From Phycisphaeraceae bacterium (lineage in GTDB: Bacteria > Planctomycetota > Phycisphaerae > Phycisphaerales > Phycisphaeraceae), in the NCBI GenBank assembly GCA_963674705.1, contig OY771506.1:1472001-1536000 (forward strand): a DNA stretch of 64,000 bases. The letters run 5' to 3'. The translations under genes and the position numbers were made by a program. This document shows, piece by piece, positions 20,489 through 30,623 of the stretch. Under the pieces are notes generated by a model. The model made no database searches. It had not been told where the DNA came from and worked only from the letters and a program-made list of their open reading frames with translations. The first letter of the stretch is position 1, and every line of letters starts with the position of its first letter.

Positions 20489-21019
20489 TCAGGCCGTTTG
20501 TCTCGGCTCGGTGTAGGGTGATTCAATTTTGTTGCGGCAGGCACAACCTCTGCCAGCAACCTTGTCTGATGAACCTGTAACCCCGGCCGGCTCCATCTTG
20601 TCTTCGTACAGGTCCTGCAGTGTCATGTCCGCCAGGAACTGATTGATCCTTTGGTGCAGCGATCGGACGGTGCCTCGGATCGGGCAGTTGGCGGACAACT
20701 CGCATCCTTGGCCCAGGACCGGCAAACGATCGGCACATTGTGTTAACCGGATCGGCCCTTCCAGTGCGGTGATTACCTCCAACAATGACAACTGGGCCGG
20801 TTCGGTCGCCAAACTATACCCACCTCGCGGTCCGCGTGTGGAAGCCAGTATCTTCGCCTGAACCAGTTCCTTCAGGATGTTCATCAACAATGGCAACGGC
20901 AACCCAAAAGTTTCGGCGATCCGTTTGGCGCTGACAGGATTGTCGCCTTGGGTTTGTTGCTCAACCAGGTACGACAGTGCTATCAGGGCGTAATCGGTTT
21001 TTCGAGTCAGTGCTAGCAT
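20489..21019 (-). CDS. Rrf2-family Fe-S regulator (IscR/SUF-regulator-like)
   Basis: TRKTDYAL, STRGPRGGY, three Cys (C-x10-C-x5-C); first gene of the isc operon. Confidence 0.88.
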   Translation of the reverse strand: MLALTRKTDYALIALSYLVEQQTQGDNPVSAKRIAETFGLPLPLLMNILKELVQAKILASTRGPRGGYSLATEPAQLSLLEVITALEGPIRLTQCADRLPVLGQGCELSANCPIRGTVRSLHQRINQFLADMTLQDLYEDKMEPAGVTGSSDKVAGRGCACRNKIESPYTEPRQTA

Positions 21020-21056
21020 AAGGTATTCCTGACAAGCCGCCTTGTGTGTATTCATG

Positions 21057-21115
21057 TATCCGAAATTGATAACGGATATCAATTAGGGCTAATGTTGCCC
21101 GAATATTAGTATCGG
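21057..21115. promoter_or_regulatory. Two putative Rrf2 operator palindromes
   Basis: TATCCG-N10-CGGATA (21057-21078) and CCGA-N9-TCGG (21099-21115) with AT-rich spacers. Confidence 0.5.
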
Positions 21116-21459
21116 ATTGGTGCTGAATCAAATCTAATTAGAACTGTTCAAATGTCTGGGTAAAAATTACCCAATTAAATATGATAAAATATTTATATAA
21201 GTTGCCCATTAACCTGAACTTGGGTAAGGCTGGATCGAGAAAGTCACAGCAATCAAATTTTCAGATCGAGAGTTCAATCGATGAGATAATGTCTGGGCTG
21301 ATTTCGCTTATGCTGCCCAACTTCCAAGAGTCTTGGTACAGAGGTGCGAAACAGCCTTTTTTACCTTATAAAGGTCTGTCCAGTAAGGATTCGGCCTCTA
21401 CTGGGCCTGGGTCATAAGGCCCCGGCAATACCTTCAACCACTGGATCGGGAAGCAATCC

Positions 21460-22077
21460 ATGGATCGTTACAAGTGTGTTCTGTTGTTTGGCGCTCCGGG
21501 CTCGGGTAAAGGAACCCAAGGCAAAATCCTGGGCATGATACCGGGCTTTTACCACTGTGCCTGCGGGGATGTGTTCCGTAACCTCGATATCCATAGTGAA
21601 CTGGGCAAGGTCTTTTATGATTACAGCTCACGTGGCGAACTGGTCCCCGATGAGGTGACCGTCAAGATGTGGGCAGAAAACATCCACGCCCATGCGACGA
21701 TCGGGCAATACAAACCGCACGACGATCTATTAGTGTTGGACGGCATCCCGCGAACACTCGAACAGGCCAAGATCATGGAAGAGCACATCGAGGTGCTGAA
21801 GGTGATCCACCTGTCTTGTAGCGATGAGGCAAAGATGACCGAACGGCTCCGACGCCGTGCGCTCAAGTCCAACCGCCACGACGATGCGGACGTCAAAGTG
21901 ATCCGCAACCGCTGGGAAGTTTACGAACGCGAAACCGCTCCGGTCCTGCAGTATTACGCGAAAGACATCATTGCAGATGTCGACGCGATCGGCTCCCCCG
22001 CCCAGGTGCTGCACGATGTGCTGGACGTGGTCGTCCCGGCCCAGGAAGCCCACTTTGCGGCTTTCGCCGGTGGATGA
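21460..22077 (+). CDS. Adenylate kinase family protein (short, no LID)
   Basis: GAPGSGKGTQ, GELVPD, LDGIPRT, RHDD. Confidence 0.88.
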   Translation: MDRYKCVLLFGAPGSGKGTQGKILGMIPGFYHCACGDVFRNLDIHSELGKVFYDYSSRGELVPDEVTVKMWAENIHAHATIGQYKPHDDLLVLDGIPRTLEQAKIMEEHIEVLKVIHLSCSDEAKMTERLRRRALKSNRHDDADVKVIRNRWEVYERETAPVLQYYAKDIIADVDAIGSPAQVLHDVLDVVVPAQEAHFAAFAGG

Positions 22078-22185
22078 TTTGTATCTGAATATTAGCGTAT
22101 CGGGTATTGTGGTATAAGGCATCGATCAAGTGAACGATGCTTCGCGCAGGTGTTCTGCGCGTGCAGGGCAAGCAGAAGTAGCACG

Positions 22186-23073
22186 ATGCAAACACACCTG
22201 AAACTGGAACAACTCAACGAGAAGCATGGCATTGTCGGCGCCCTACGATTTGATACCGGCCGGGGAGGCTTGGTACGGGCGGAGGTCGATACCGACTTAT
22301 GCAAAGCTGCCATCTATCTGCACGGCGCGCACGTCAGTGAGTTTGCCCCGGTAGGGACTCAACCCGTTCTGTTTATGAGTGCGTCTTCCAACTTCGAATC
22401 GGGCAAGCCGATCAGGGGCGGCGTTCCTGTCTGCTTCCCGTGGTTCGGGCCATACGCAAGCGATCCATCCAAACCGTCGCACGGCCCAGTCCGTCTGACG
22501 GAATGGCAAGTGTTACGCACAGCTGTAGACGAAGGCGCCGTGGCGATTGAGTTGGAGGCGCAAGTCGAATCCCTCGTCATCCGGCACACAGTCAGCTTCG
22601 GGCAGGATCTGACGATGAAACTGTCTGTCCACAATACATTGCAAACCTATGCGTCGTTCGAGTCGGCATTGCATACATACCTGGCCGTTTCGGATGTCCG
22701 GCACATCCGGATCGAAGGGTTGGAAGGCGCAGCCTACCTTGACTCGATCGATGAGGATCGACTGAAGCACCAGGACGGCAACCCGATTACATTCAGTACC
22801 GAGACGGATCGGCTCTATGTCGATACCGATGCGACCTGCGTTTTATTTGATCCGGGGTTGGGGAGGAGGATTAAGGTCAGCAAGAGCGGATCGCGATCTA
22901 CGGTTGTGTGGAATCCGTGGATCGACAAAGCCGCACGGCTCGAGGACATGGGTGATGATGAATGGCCGGGGATGGTCTGTATCGAAACGGCTAACGCCGG
23001 CCCGAACGCCGTCAAACTCGCGACAGGAAAAACTCACCAGATGACTGCGACCATCAGCGTTACAGAACTGTGA
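22186..23073 (+). CDS. D-hexose-6-phosphate mutarotase (YeaD-like)
   Basis: IRGGVPVCFPWFG, HG, ALHTY, VVWNPW, MVCIE. Confidence 0.9.
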   Translation: MQTHLKLEQLNEKHGIVGALRFDTGRGGLVRAEVDTDLCKAAIYLHGAHVSEFAPVGTQPVLFMSASSNFESGKPIRGGVPVCFPWFGPYASDPSKPSHGPVRLTEWQVLRTAVDEGAVAIELEAQVESLVIRHTVSFGQDLTMKLSVHNTLQTYASFESALHTYLAVSDVRHIRIEGLEGAAYLDSIDEDRLKHQDGNPITFSTETDRLYVDTDATCVLFDPGLGRRIKVSKSGSRSTVVWNPWIDKAARLEDMGDDEWPGMVCIETANAGPNAVKLATGKTHQMTATISVTEL

Positions 23074-23101
23074 TGTAACACCGCGGCAAAAAACGACGGT
23101 G

Positions 23102-25081
23102 TTATTGACGTTCCAGTGTTTTTTGGCCTTCCTTGTCTTCGACTACACCGGGGGCTTCGGTTTCCGCCTGTTCGTCTGCTAAGCCTTCCGGCATCGGGAA
23201 GAGTTCGTCAACCACTTCACCGTACCCACGATTCATTTCACGCTCCTGGTCTTTGACCGCTTGAATGAATCGGGGGTAACTGTCACGTCGGAAGTTGGGA
23301 TAGGAGTTGCGATATACCTGCGCCCGTTCGATCAAGTCGAAGTTGGGTGAACGCATGTACTTGACGTACGTGTCCATGAATAACTGTTCGAAGTTGTCCC
23401 AATCGATCAGCCGGCCGGAGCCACTTGGCGCGATCGGGTTGGCGTACTTGCGGTCTTTCATCAGTTCATCATTGATCTTGTTGGCGATCTCGATCTGCCG
23501 GCTGAATGTACGATAATCCGCCCGCGCCAGGCCTTCCCGCAACGACTTGATAATCAACGATTCCAAGAGCGGACGTGCGACCTGATCGGTCATCTGCCAA
23601 TCGGCCTTGATCTCCGTGACAATCAGGTCACGCAGCGGGACGCTGTATTTACTCTGGTTTGTAAACGGACTGATGTTGTACGGTTTTTGGCCGTAGAGGT
23701 CTCGCAGTTGTTTGTAATACGCCTGTGCTTTATCCAGGTCCCCATATAGATAAGAATAGAGCACCGCACGCAGCAGGAAGTTCTCATGACCCTGTTCGAA
23801 GCTCTGCGTGTTACCCGTGCCGGCCCAGTCGATGTTCATCTGCCGTTCGTTGGCTTCGGTCATGGCCTTGCCATAGGCGTCGATGAATCGCGGGTCAGGC
23901 ACGGTGTCCTGACGCATCGTCATAGGATTGAAGTTGATGGTCCCGGAGTTCATCAGCATCTGAAGCCCGTGGATCACTTGCCTGTCGGTGTTCAGCACAT
24001 CGATCTTGGTCTTGTCGCGTAGCTCACCGGCCTTCTCGACACCGGTCGCGCCCCAGTAGATCGCATGGCTGGCGGCATGACGCCAATCCATCGGCCCGAA
24101 CTTCTCCATCAGGGCGTACATCCGCTGCGGCTCCATGTGATAGTCCTCTATGAGGACACGCGCCCGCATGAACGCCACCACCTGACGCAACCCTTCCTGG
24201 TATTTAGGATCGCCCATCATGTCATACAGCTTCCGACCTCGTTCATCCAGCAACGGACCGTCCGGCCCAACCAACTCGCGTGGATCGGCGTACGGGCTGT
24301 ACATCAGGATCCGCCCGAACGTACGCAGGCATTGCTGGTCGATGTTAAACCCGAACTCACGGAGCTTCGCGACAACTTCACGTGTCCCAGGATGATCCTT
24401 GTACAGCAGGGTAAAGGGGTCTTGAGGCGTGGTGCCTTCGACCTCTTTGGGGAAGTACTTTTCTGCGGCCTCAGCGATGGGTTTGAAACGCTCTAACGCA
24501 ACCTCTGTTGTCGCACCTTCGGTTGGGTTACCCAGCAGTTCCTGCCACTCCTGCGCGAGTTTGGCTTTGTAGTACTGGTTCATATCGTCGGCGCGTTGGC
24601 CGATCTTGTGGAAGAACGTCCAGCCAAGCTGACGGTAGATCGCGATATTGTTCGGGTTATAGACGATCCCCTCATCGCGCAGCAGCTTGATGCCTTTATT
24701 GACCCAGTCCCAGCGTTCCTCAGGCGTGTGCGTGATGACGGAGATGTTGTAGGCCATGTTCCAGCTTTGGAAGACCCAGACCTGGCCGAAACGGGGCTGC
24801 AGTGTGGTGATCCATCCCGCGGTGGTGTTGGCTTCGAAGAGTTTGCCTTCGTTCTTGAGTTTTTCCGCGCGGTACCAGAGGAAGTCCACAATGATCCCGC
24901 GGAAGGTGCCCATGGCCGCAGCGAGGATGACGTACTTGGGTGCATCGGTGTAGCGTGTTTCCTGCACGATATCCAGGTCAACACGTTGCTGGTTGATCGG
25001 TTTGACCATTAACGATGAGCCAACCACGCACAACAGGGTGATACCAATTGCAACAAGTTGTACCCAGCGTCCGGGTTTCAT
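23102..25081 (-). CDS. Membrane-anchored helical hypothetical protein
   Basis: N-terminal TM; LQPRFGQVWVFQSWNMAYNIS and WDWVNKGIKLLRDEG segments; ATGA overlap with the upstream permease. Confidence 0.75.
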   Translation of the reverse strand: MKPGRWVQLVAIGITLLCVVGSSLMVKPINQQRVDLDIVQETRYTDAPKYVILAAAMGTFRGIIVDFLWYRAEKLKNEGKLFEANTTAGWITTLQPRFGQVWVFQSWNMAYNISVITHTPEERWDWVNKGIKLLRDEGIVYNPNNIAIYRQLGWTFFHKIGQRADDMNQYYKAKLAQEWQELLGNPTEGATTEVALERFKPIAEAAEKYFPKEVEGTTPQDPFTLLYKDHPGTREVVAKLREFGFNIDQQCLRTFGRILMYSPYADPRELVGPDGPLLDERGRKLYDMMGDPKYQEGLRQVVAFMRARVLIEDYHMEPQRMYALMEKFGPMDWRHAASHAIYWGATGVEKAGELRDKTKIDVLNTDRQVIHGLQMLMNSGTINFNPMTMRQDTVPDPRFIDAYGKAMTEANERQMNIDWAGTGNTQSFEQGHENFLLRAVLYSYLYGDLDKAQAYYKQLRDLYGQKPYNISPFTNQSKYSVPLRDLIVTEIKADWQMTDQVARPLLESLIIKSLREGLARADYRTFSRQIEIANKINDELMKDRKYANPIAPSGSGRLIDWDNFEQLFMDTYVKYMRSPNFDLIERAQVYRNSYPNFRRDSYPRFIQAVKDQEREMNRGYGEVVDELFPMPEGLADEQAETEAPGVVEDKEGQKTLERQ

Positions 25082-26916
25082 ACGGTGACCCTCGCCAATT
25101 CCTTGCCGCGGAAGATGATCCAACCGATAAAGCCCGTCAGACCCGTCCAGACCAGGCCCGCCCACGTGATGGCTCGGATGAGCATCTCGGTCGGGACAAT
25201 CCGCCCGTCAGAAACTAATGGCGCTGCGTTCAGTTCACCAAACGACGGCGCTACAAGCAGGAATCCGGAACCGATCAGCTTGATGATCATCTTGAACAGG
25301 TCGTAGTACTCGCCTTCGCTAATCAGGCTCAATGCCTTATCAATGATCCACATGATCTTGGCCCACAACGGCAGAGCATCGCTGGGGAAGGCCGCGTAAT
25401 ACTTCAAGGATTCGGCGATGTATGCGTTGCCTGCTGCCGTACAGTAGATCAACAGGCAAACCAGCGACGCCACGGGGAAACCCAGGTACGAACCCGCAGC
25501 CAATCCGAGCATCGCCAGGAACATCAGCCGCAACCAGATGATGCCGAACGACCGGATCAGGTTCGCCTCGAAGTCGCCCACACGATAGAGCACTTCAAGG
25601 CCGTCCTTGGGATTGAAGCTGAGCGCCGGTTGTTGCATGTTGCCGATCGCCGGGTTGGATATCTCAACATCCATCGTGCCGTTTTCATCGATCACCGCGG
25701 GATTGATGTCCAGCACGTGGAAGTTGTTCTCCGCCAGTTTCAAAAGACCGGCATCGGTGGTGATGCCCGGTTGGTAGAACGGTCGGCCGTTGATTCGCAG
25801 ACCAAGGAAACAGAAGCCTTCAAACGATTGCCCGGCAAGTTTGGGCTTAAAGCGTAATTGAAGCGGCTGCGAGTATTTTTTTGCGTCATTGAGCCCGGTG
25901 AACCGGTAGACCATGCTGGAACGATTGGGGATCGTAAACCAGCGCAGCATGACCTTTTGCTGGATGTCTGCGCGATCCATTGGGAGAACGACATCCGATG
26001 GGTCACCCGGGTTGCCGTATCGCTCAGGATCTTCATCGCGTAAACGTTCGAGCATGTCGTTGTACATGCTCTGAAGTGCGGCGGGCTCCGGTGGGATGGG
26101 CTCCAGGGCCTTGCGTGCGACAAGCACCTGGCTCTGAACCGCCAGCCGATCCGCATCGTCACGTGCCGGTTGCGCTTCGAGCAGCTTGGTGAACGCGTAA
26201 ATACCGGCACAGGCCACCGACAGCAGCAGCAGGTTCAACAGCGTGATCCCCAGCCACTTGCCCAGCAGGTACTCGCCTCGATGCAAAGGCTTGGTCAGCG
26301 TGATGTATATCTGCTTCTGCTTCTGCTCGCGTGTAATGGTCGCGATCGCCAGGAAGATCGTCATCAAACTCAGCAGGCCTGATGTCGCCATGAGCGACCA
26401 TGTCAGGAACGAGGTGATGCGGTACTTCAGGAAGTCTTCCTGGTCGATGGCGAATGGAAAGATCGCGATCAGCAGCGCCACCCCGATGATGAAGACGAGC
26501 GCGATCTTCATGCGGATGGCTTCATCGATGAGTGTACGTGCCACGCCGAAGATACCGATACTCGGCGAAAGCAACAGGCGTATCAGCCAGAGGCCCGCGT
26601 AAAAGATCATCGCCATCGCATATACGCCGGCAAGCGCGATGACCATATCTGTCGAGCCAAATGCCCAGCAGATCAGCATGAGGATTTGCATCGCGGCGGT
26701 AGCGATCAGGATCAATCCAAACCGGCGTACCCAGGGGACCGAACGCCAGACAATCAGGCCGTAGATAATCCACGCGTTGGCAAGAATGCCACCGATACGA
26801 CCAACCGTATTGCCGGCGATCCACGAGCCCTGTAATCGCAGCAAGATCGTAAGCCCCGTGCTCAAACCGAGCAGGGCCAGCAACACGATCAGCCACATCT
26901 TCCAGCTTTTGCGCAT
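25078..26916 (-). CDS. ABC-2-type permease with large extracytoplasmic domain
   Basis: Multiple TMs; LTKPLHRGEYLLGKWLG motif; ends FRGKELA. Confidence 0.82.
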   Translation of the reverse strand: MRKSWKMWLIVLLALLGLSTGLTILLRLQGSWIAGNTVGRIGGILANAWIIYGLIVWRSVPWVRRFGLILIATAAMQILMLICWAFGSTDMVIALAGVYAMAMIFYAGLWLIRLLLSPSIGIFGVARTLIDEAIRMKIALVFIIGVALLIAIFPFAIDQEDFLKYRITSFLTWSLMATSGLLSLMTIFLAIATITREQKQKQIYITLTKPLHRGEYLLGKWLGITLLNLLLLSVACAGIYAFTKLLEAQPARDDADRLAVQSQVLVARKALEPIPPEPAALQSMYNDMLERLRDEDPERYGNPGDPSDVVLPMDRADIQQKVMLRWFTIPNRSSMVYRFTGLNDAKKYSQPLQLRFKPKLAGQSFEGFCFLGLRINGRPFYQPGITTDAGLLKLAENNFHVLDINPAVIDENGTMDVEISNPAIGNMQQPALSFNPKDGLEVLYRVGDFEANLIRSFGIIWLRLMFLAMLGLAAGSYLGFPVASLVCLLIYCTAAGNAYIAESLKYYAAFPSDALPLWAKIMWIIDKALSLISEGEYYDLFKMIIKLIGSGFLLVAPSFGELNAAPLVSDGRIVPTEMLIRAITWAGLVWTGLTGFIGWIIFRGKELARVTV

Positions 26917-26939
26917 GGTTCTCGCGTTGGGGGCAGGCG

Positions 26940-28178
26940 TTAGCCTTTGGTTTTGTTGTCCCCGTCCTTCTTTTGGATCAATGAATCAATCAGGCTCGTG
27001 TCGGCCTGCTGTTGGGGTTCCGGTTCTGGTTGCGCGGTTTTGCTTCCACTGGCAGGCTGACCACTGGTGGTGAGTGAGTCGATGACCTGCTCGGAGTGGT
27101 GGCGCGTTTCGTTCGCGGCGTGCTCCGCATCGGATGGGTGCTGTGGGCTCGCCGGGGCAGATCCTTTGCGCACCAGTTGATCGATAACAGCCTCGCCTTC
27201 GGTTTGTGAGGCATCGTCCTCACCGGAGAGGAACGAAGCGATCTTGCCGCCGGATTGTGCGCCGCTGGTTGCGATACCCGCTGCCTGTGCTTCTGCGACG
27301 ATGTTCAGGAAGAAAGTTTCCAGTTTCTGGCGCGGCCGACTCACGCTTGTGTCACAGATACCCTGCTGCTCGAGCATCGCGATGATACGCTCTTCAACTT
27401 CAGGCGTCATCGTAGGCGTGCTGATCAGTGTGCGGTCGTGTTCTTCCAGCAGTTCGTCGATCTGACCGTACCGGCGGACCTTCCCGCCATACATGATCGC
27501 AACACGGTCGGTGACATCTTCCACATCTGCCAGTAGGTGCGAGCAGAGCAGGATCGTCTTGCCGCGCTCGGCCAGGCTCTTGATCACGCGCTTCACGTCC
27601 GCGGTGGCGATCGGGTCCATGCCCGATGTCGGTTCATCGAGGATCAGCAGGTCCGGGTCGTTAATCAGCGCCTGGGCCAGGCCGACCTTCCGCTGCATAC
27701 CCTTGGAGTACTCCCCCACCGGTCGTCGGGCGACGTGCTGCAAGCCGACCATTTCCAAGAGCGTATCGATGCGCCCTTTGCGGATGGTGCGCTTCTGGTG
27801 AAACAGCTTGCCGTAGTATTCGAGTGTCTCGTAGGCATTGAGGAACGGGTAGAGGTACGATTCTTCGGGCAGGTATCCGATGCGTTGTTTGTTTTTAACA
27901 TCGCGTGGGTGTCGCCCGAAGACAGCGATACGCCCCGCCGTCGGATGCAGCAGGCCGAGGATGAGTTTGATGGTCGTGCTCTTACCCGAGCCGTTGGGAC
28001 CGAGCAGGCCGAACACTTCACCGCCGTAGATATCGAGATCGATTTCGTTGACCGCCTTAACGCGGTTGCGCAGCCAGAAGTCCTTGAAGACCTTGGTCAA
28101 GCCGACACACTTGACGATCGTGTTTCCAAGCGACTTATCGATGCTGTCGGCGGCAGGTTGTGCGGGTGCTTGCGTCAT
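26940..28178 (-). CDS. ABC transporter ATP-binding protein with low-complexity C-terminal tail
   Basis: GPNGSGKST, YSKGM signature, LDEPTSGMD, SH switch. Confidence 0.9.
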   Translation of the reverse strand: MTQAPAQPAADSIDKSLGNTIVKCVGLTKVFKDFWLRNRVKAVNEIDLDIYGGEVFGLLGPNGSGKSTTIKLILGLLHPTAGRIAVFGRHPRDVKNKQRIGYLPEESYLYPFLNAYETLEYYGKLFHQKRTIRKGRIDTLLEMVGLQHVARRPVGEYSKGMQRKVGLAQALINDPDLLILDEPTSGMDPIATADVKRVIKSLAERGKTILLCSHLLADVEDVTDRVAIMYGGKVRRYGQIDELLEEHDRTLISTPTMTPEVEERIIAMLEQQGICDTSVSRPRQKLETFFLNIVAEAQAAGIATSGAQSGGKIASFLSGEDDASQTEGEAVIDQLVRKGSAPASPQHPSDAEHAANETRHHSEQVIDSLTTSGQPASGSKTAQPEPEPQQQADTSLIDSLIQKKDGDNKTKG

Positions 28179-28217
28179 GGTGATCTCGGATGAACTTATC
28201 TACAACTCATCTTAGGC

Positions 28218-29534
28218 CTACAGACCAGATTTTTCCTGGAGCTTCTGAATGCGTTCCTGTTCACGCTTACGAGATATCTCAGGATCGGTGTTGATTTCGA
28301 GGTAGAGTTGGCCGCCGTTGTTGTACATGGTTTCGACGTCGGCGGAGAAAATCTCCTCGCGTGCCTGCTCGCTTTCGCGGCTGATGAAAAGCTTGGGAGC
28401 TTCACGATACTTGCTGAGCAATTGCACGAAGCTGTTGGCCTCGCTCTTGATGCGTTCTACGGTTTCGGTGCGGTAGGTGTTGGCTTCGCTGATCAGCCGT
28501 GCCGCTTCGCCGCCGATCTGTGCCCCACCGTACTCAGCGGGCAGGCGCAGTTCATCAAACGCGGTGTCGATGACCTGCGCGAGCTGCTCTGCCTTATCAG
28601 TTTGGCCGGCGGACTGGGCCAGTTCGTATTCCTGCACCAGCTTGAACAACGCTTCGTGCGCCTCGCCCGCGGTCTCGTTCAGCAGGCTTGTCCGTTCCTG
28701 ACGCGCGGCGCTGATCTTCTGACCACGTTCACTCTCGGCATTGGTGACCAGGGCGTATGCCGGCTTCACGACCAGCGGCGCTTCGTTACCCTTGATATTC
28801 ACCTTCGTGATTTTGATGCCGGAGTCCATACTGTCGAGGACTTCCTGCATCCGATTTGCGATCTTCGCCCGGCTCAATTGCGACTTAATAAAATCATCGG
28901 CGCTGATCTGAGCTGTCGCGTAGACGACCCCCTGCTCCGCGACGCTTTCAACCAGTTTGTTGGCCTGTGAGAAGTCGTTGGGTTTGGGCATGCCAACGTT
29001 TTCGATGAACGCGATCACGTCGTGGATTTCGTAATACACCTCAAAACGACCGTGCACGATGTTGGCGTCACTGGTGATTAGCGAACCGTCTTTTTCCGGA
29101 TTCAATGGCCCGCCACGCGGGTTACCGGCGCTGTCGGTTGCATTGGTCTCATACCAGAAGGCTTTGTAGATACGGATGTCCTGCTCGGTGGTCGGGACCG
29201 CGATCTTTTCTTCGACCGGGTAGGGCCAACCCAGGTGCCAGCCTTGTTCGTAAACCTTGCCTTCGCCTGCGCCCACTATCTCACCGAACCGAAGCCGGAC
29301 CACTTTCTGCTGAGGTTCAACGATGAAGATGCCCGTGCACAGATACGCGATAAGCATCAGGAACATGATCGTTTTAAGGATCATGAAGCTGACGCGCATG
29401 GCGTCGGCCAGCGACTTCTGCGCGGGGTCCGAAGGCTCGAACGGCTCATGGTCATGATGGTGGTGGTGGTGGTGGCCGTGCTCACAGCCATCATCATGCG
29501 AGTGGATGAACGGGTTTTTTATTTTCTCAGCCAT
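28218..29534 (-). CDS. HflK-like SPFH protein with His-rich N-terminus
   Basis: HSHDDGCEHGHHHHHHHDH, one TM, LRFG..., ITSDANIV, coiled-coil, YREAP. Confidence 0.8.
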   Translation of the reverse strand: MAEKIKNPFIHSHDDGCEHGHHHHHHHDHEPFEPSDPAQKSLADAMRVSFMILKTIMFLMLIAYLCTGIFIVEPQQKVVRLRFGEIVGAGEGKVYEQGWHLGWPYPVEEKIAVPTTEQDIRIYKAFWYETNATDSAGNPRGGPLNPEKDGSLITSDANIVHGRFEVYYEIHDVIAFIENVGMPKPNDFSQANKLVESVAEQGVVYATAQISADDFIKSQLSRAKIANRMQEVLDSMDSGIKITKVNIKGNEAPLVVKPAYALVTNAESERGQKISAARQERTSLLNETAGEAHEALFKLVQEYELAQSAGQTDKAEQLAQVIDTAFDELRLPAEYGGAQIGGEAARLISEANTYRTETVERIKSEANSFVQLLSKYREAPKLFISRESEQAREEIFSADVETMYNNGGQLYLEINTDPEISRKREQERIQKLQEKSGL

Positions 29535-29580
29535 AGGTGATGTCTAAGGTCTGGTGTGTCGGGGCTTGTCTGTCTGCACA

Positions 29581-29613
29581 CAACGCCGGTCCTGAGCGAA
29601 GCGAAGGGCCGGG
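29581..29613 (+). repeat. Dispersed REP-like element, copy A
   Basis: CAACGCCGGTCCTGAGCGAAGCGAAGGGCCGGG; near-identical inverted copy at 36495-36527. Confidence 0.75.
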
Positions 29614-29630
29614 TGGTCTGGGGTTTATCT

Positions 29631-30581
29631 TTACTCTCGATTCAAGTCGGTGCTTTCACCGTTAAGCGGGCTCAGGAACCAGAGCTTGTTGGCGTCGAGG
29701 ATGAACGTCGTGTTGTTGGATAGCATTTCCTTGAGCGCATCGATCTGACGCTGGAAGATGGCAAAGTCCTGATCTTCACGGAAGGCGCTGAAGTACTGCG
29801 CGGCTTCGCGGTTACCTTCATCACGGATCGCCTGGGCACGACGCTCGGCAAAGGCGAGGATTCGCTTCTTCGCAGCTTCGGCCTGGGCCTTGATCTTGTT
29901 CGCTTCAGCGTTACCTTCCGAACGCGCCTTCTCGGCAAGCTGCTCACGGGTCTTGGTCATGCGGTCGAAGACCTTCTGCGTTGTCGCTTCAGGCAGAATG
30001 ATCCGGCGGATGCCGACCTGCTCCAGCTTGATGCCGTAGCCCGGCTGGATCGCACTGAGCTTGCCGCGCAGGAAGTCCAGACCCTCTTGCTCTATGTTCT
30101 CAAGCTTGACCTGATCGGGATTGGGATTCACCAACTGATCGAAGCGGTACTTCGAGACCACTTCGTTCAATTCACCCATCATGGAGATCAGTTGATCTTC
30201 CGCTTCCTTCTCGGTTTCAAGCCGCAGGAAGAACGCGTACGGGTCTTCGATACGCCACGCCAGGTACATCTTGACGGTGACCGAATACCCGTCGGCGGTC
30301 TGGATCTCGGTTAGCTGATCTTCCAGCAACTGGATCTTCTTGGAGTAAACGCGGACTTTCTGGATCGGCGTAGGCCATTTGAAGCCGTAACCGGGTTCCA
30401 GGATCAGGCTGCCGGGGTTGTCCGGATCGATGTTGCCGTCGGCGTCACGCTGCGGCTCCACGACCTTGTCCCAAGTGGTTCGGACCGCGACCTGGTCGTA
30501 ACGGACCTGGAACATGACCATGTAGACCAGCAGCACGGTGGCAACAGCCAGAGCTACGAGGAAGATGAGTTTGTTTTTCAT
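29631..30581 (-). CDS. HflC-like SPFH protein
   Basis: N-terminal TM, EPGYGFKWPTPIQ, WRIEDP, GIRRIILPE, VFDRM, RSEG. Confidence 0.85.
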   Translation of the reverse strand: MKNKLIFLVALAVATVLLVYMVMFQVRYDQVAVRTTWDKVVEPQRDADGNIDPDNPGSLILEPGYGFKWPTPIQKVRVYSKKIQLLEDQLTEIQTADGYSVTVKMYLAWRIEDPYAFFLRLETEKEAEDQLISMMGELNEVVSKYRFDQLVNPNPDQVKLENIEQEGLDFLRGKLSAIQPGYGIKLEQVGIRRIILPEATTQKVFDRMTKTREQLAEKARSEGNAEANKIKAQAEAAKKRILAFAERRAQAIRDEGNREAAQYFSAFREDQDFAIFQRQIDALKEMLSNNTTFILDANKLWFLSPLNGESTDLNRE

Positions 30582-30623
30582 TGCAGATGCGTCTCCAACA
30601 ATCGTTGGTGTGTTCTATGGATG

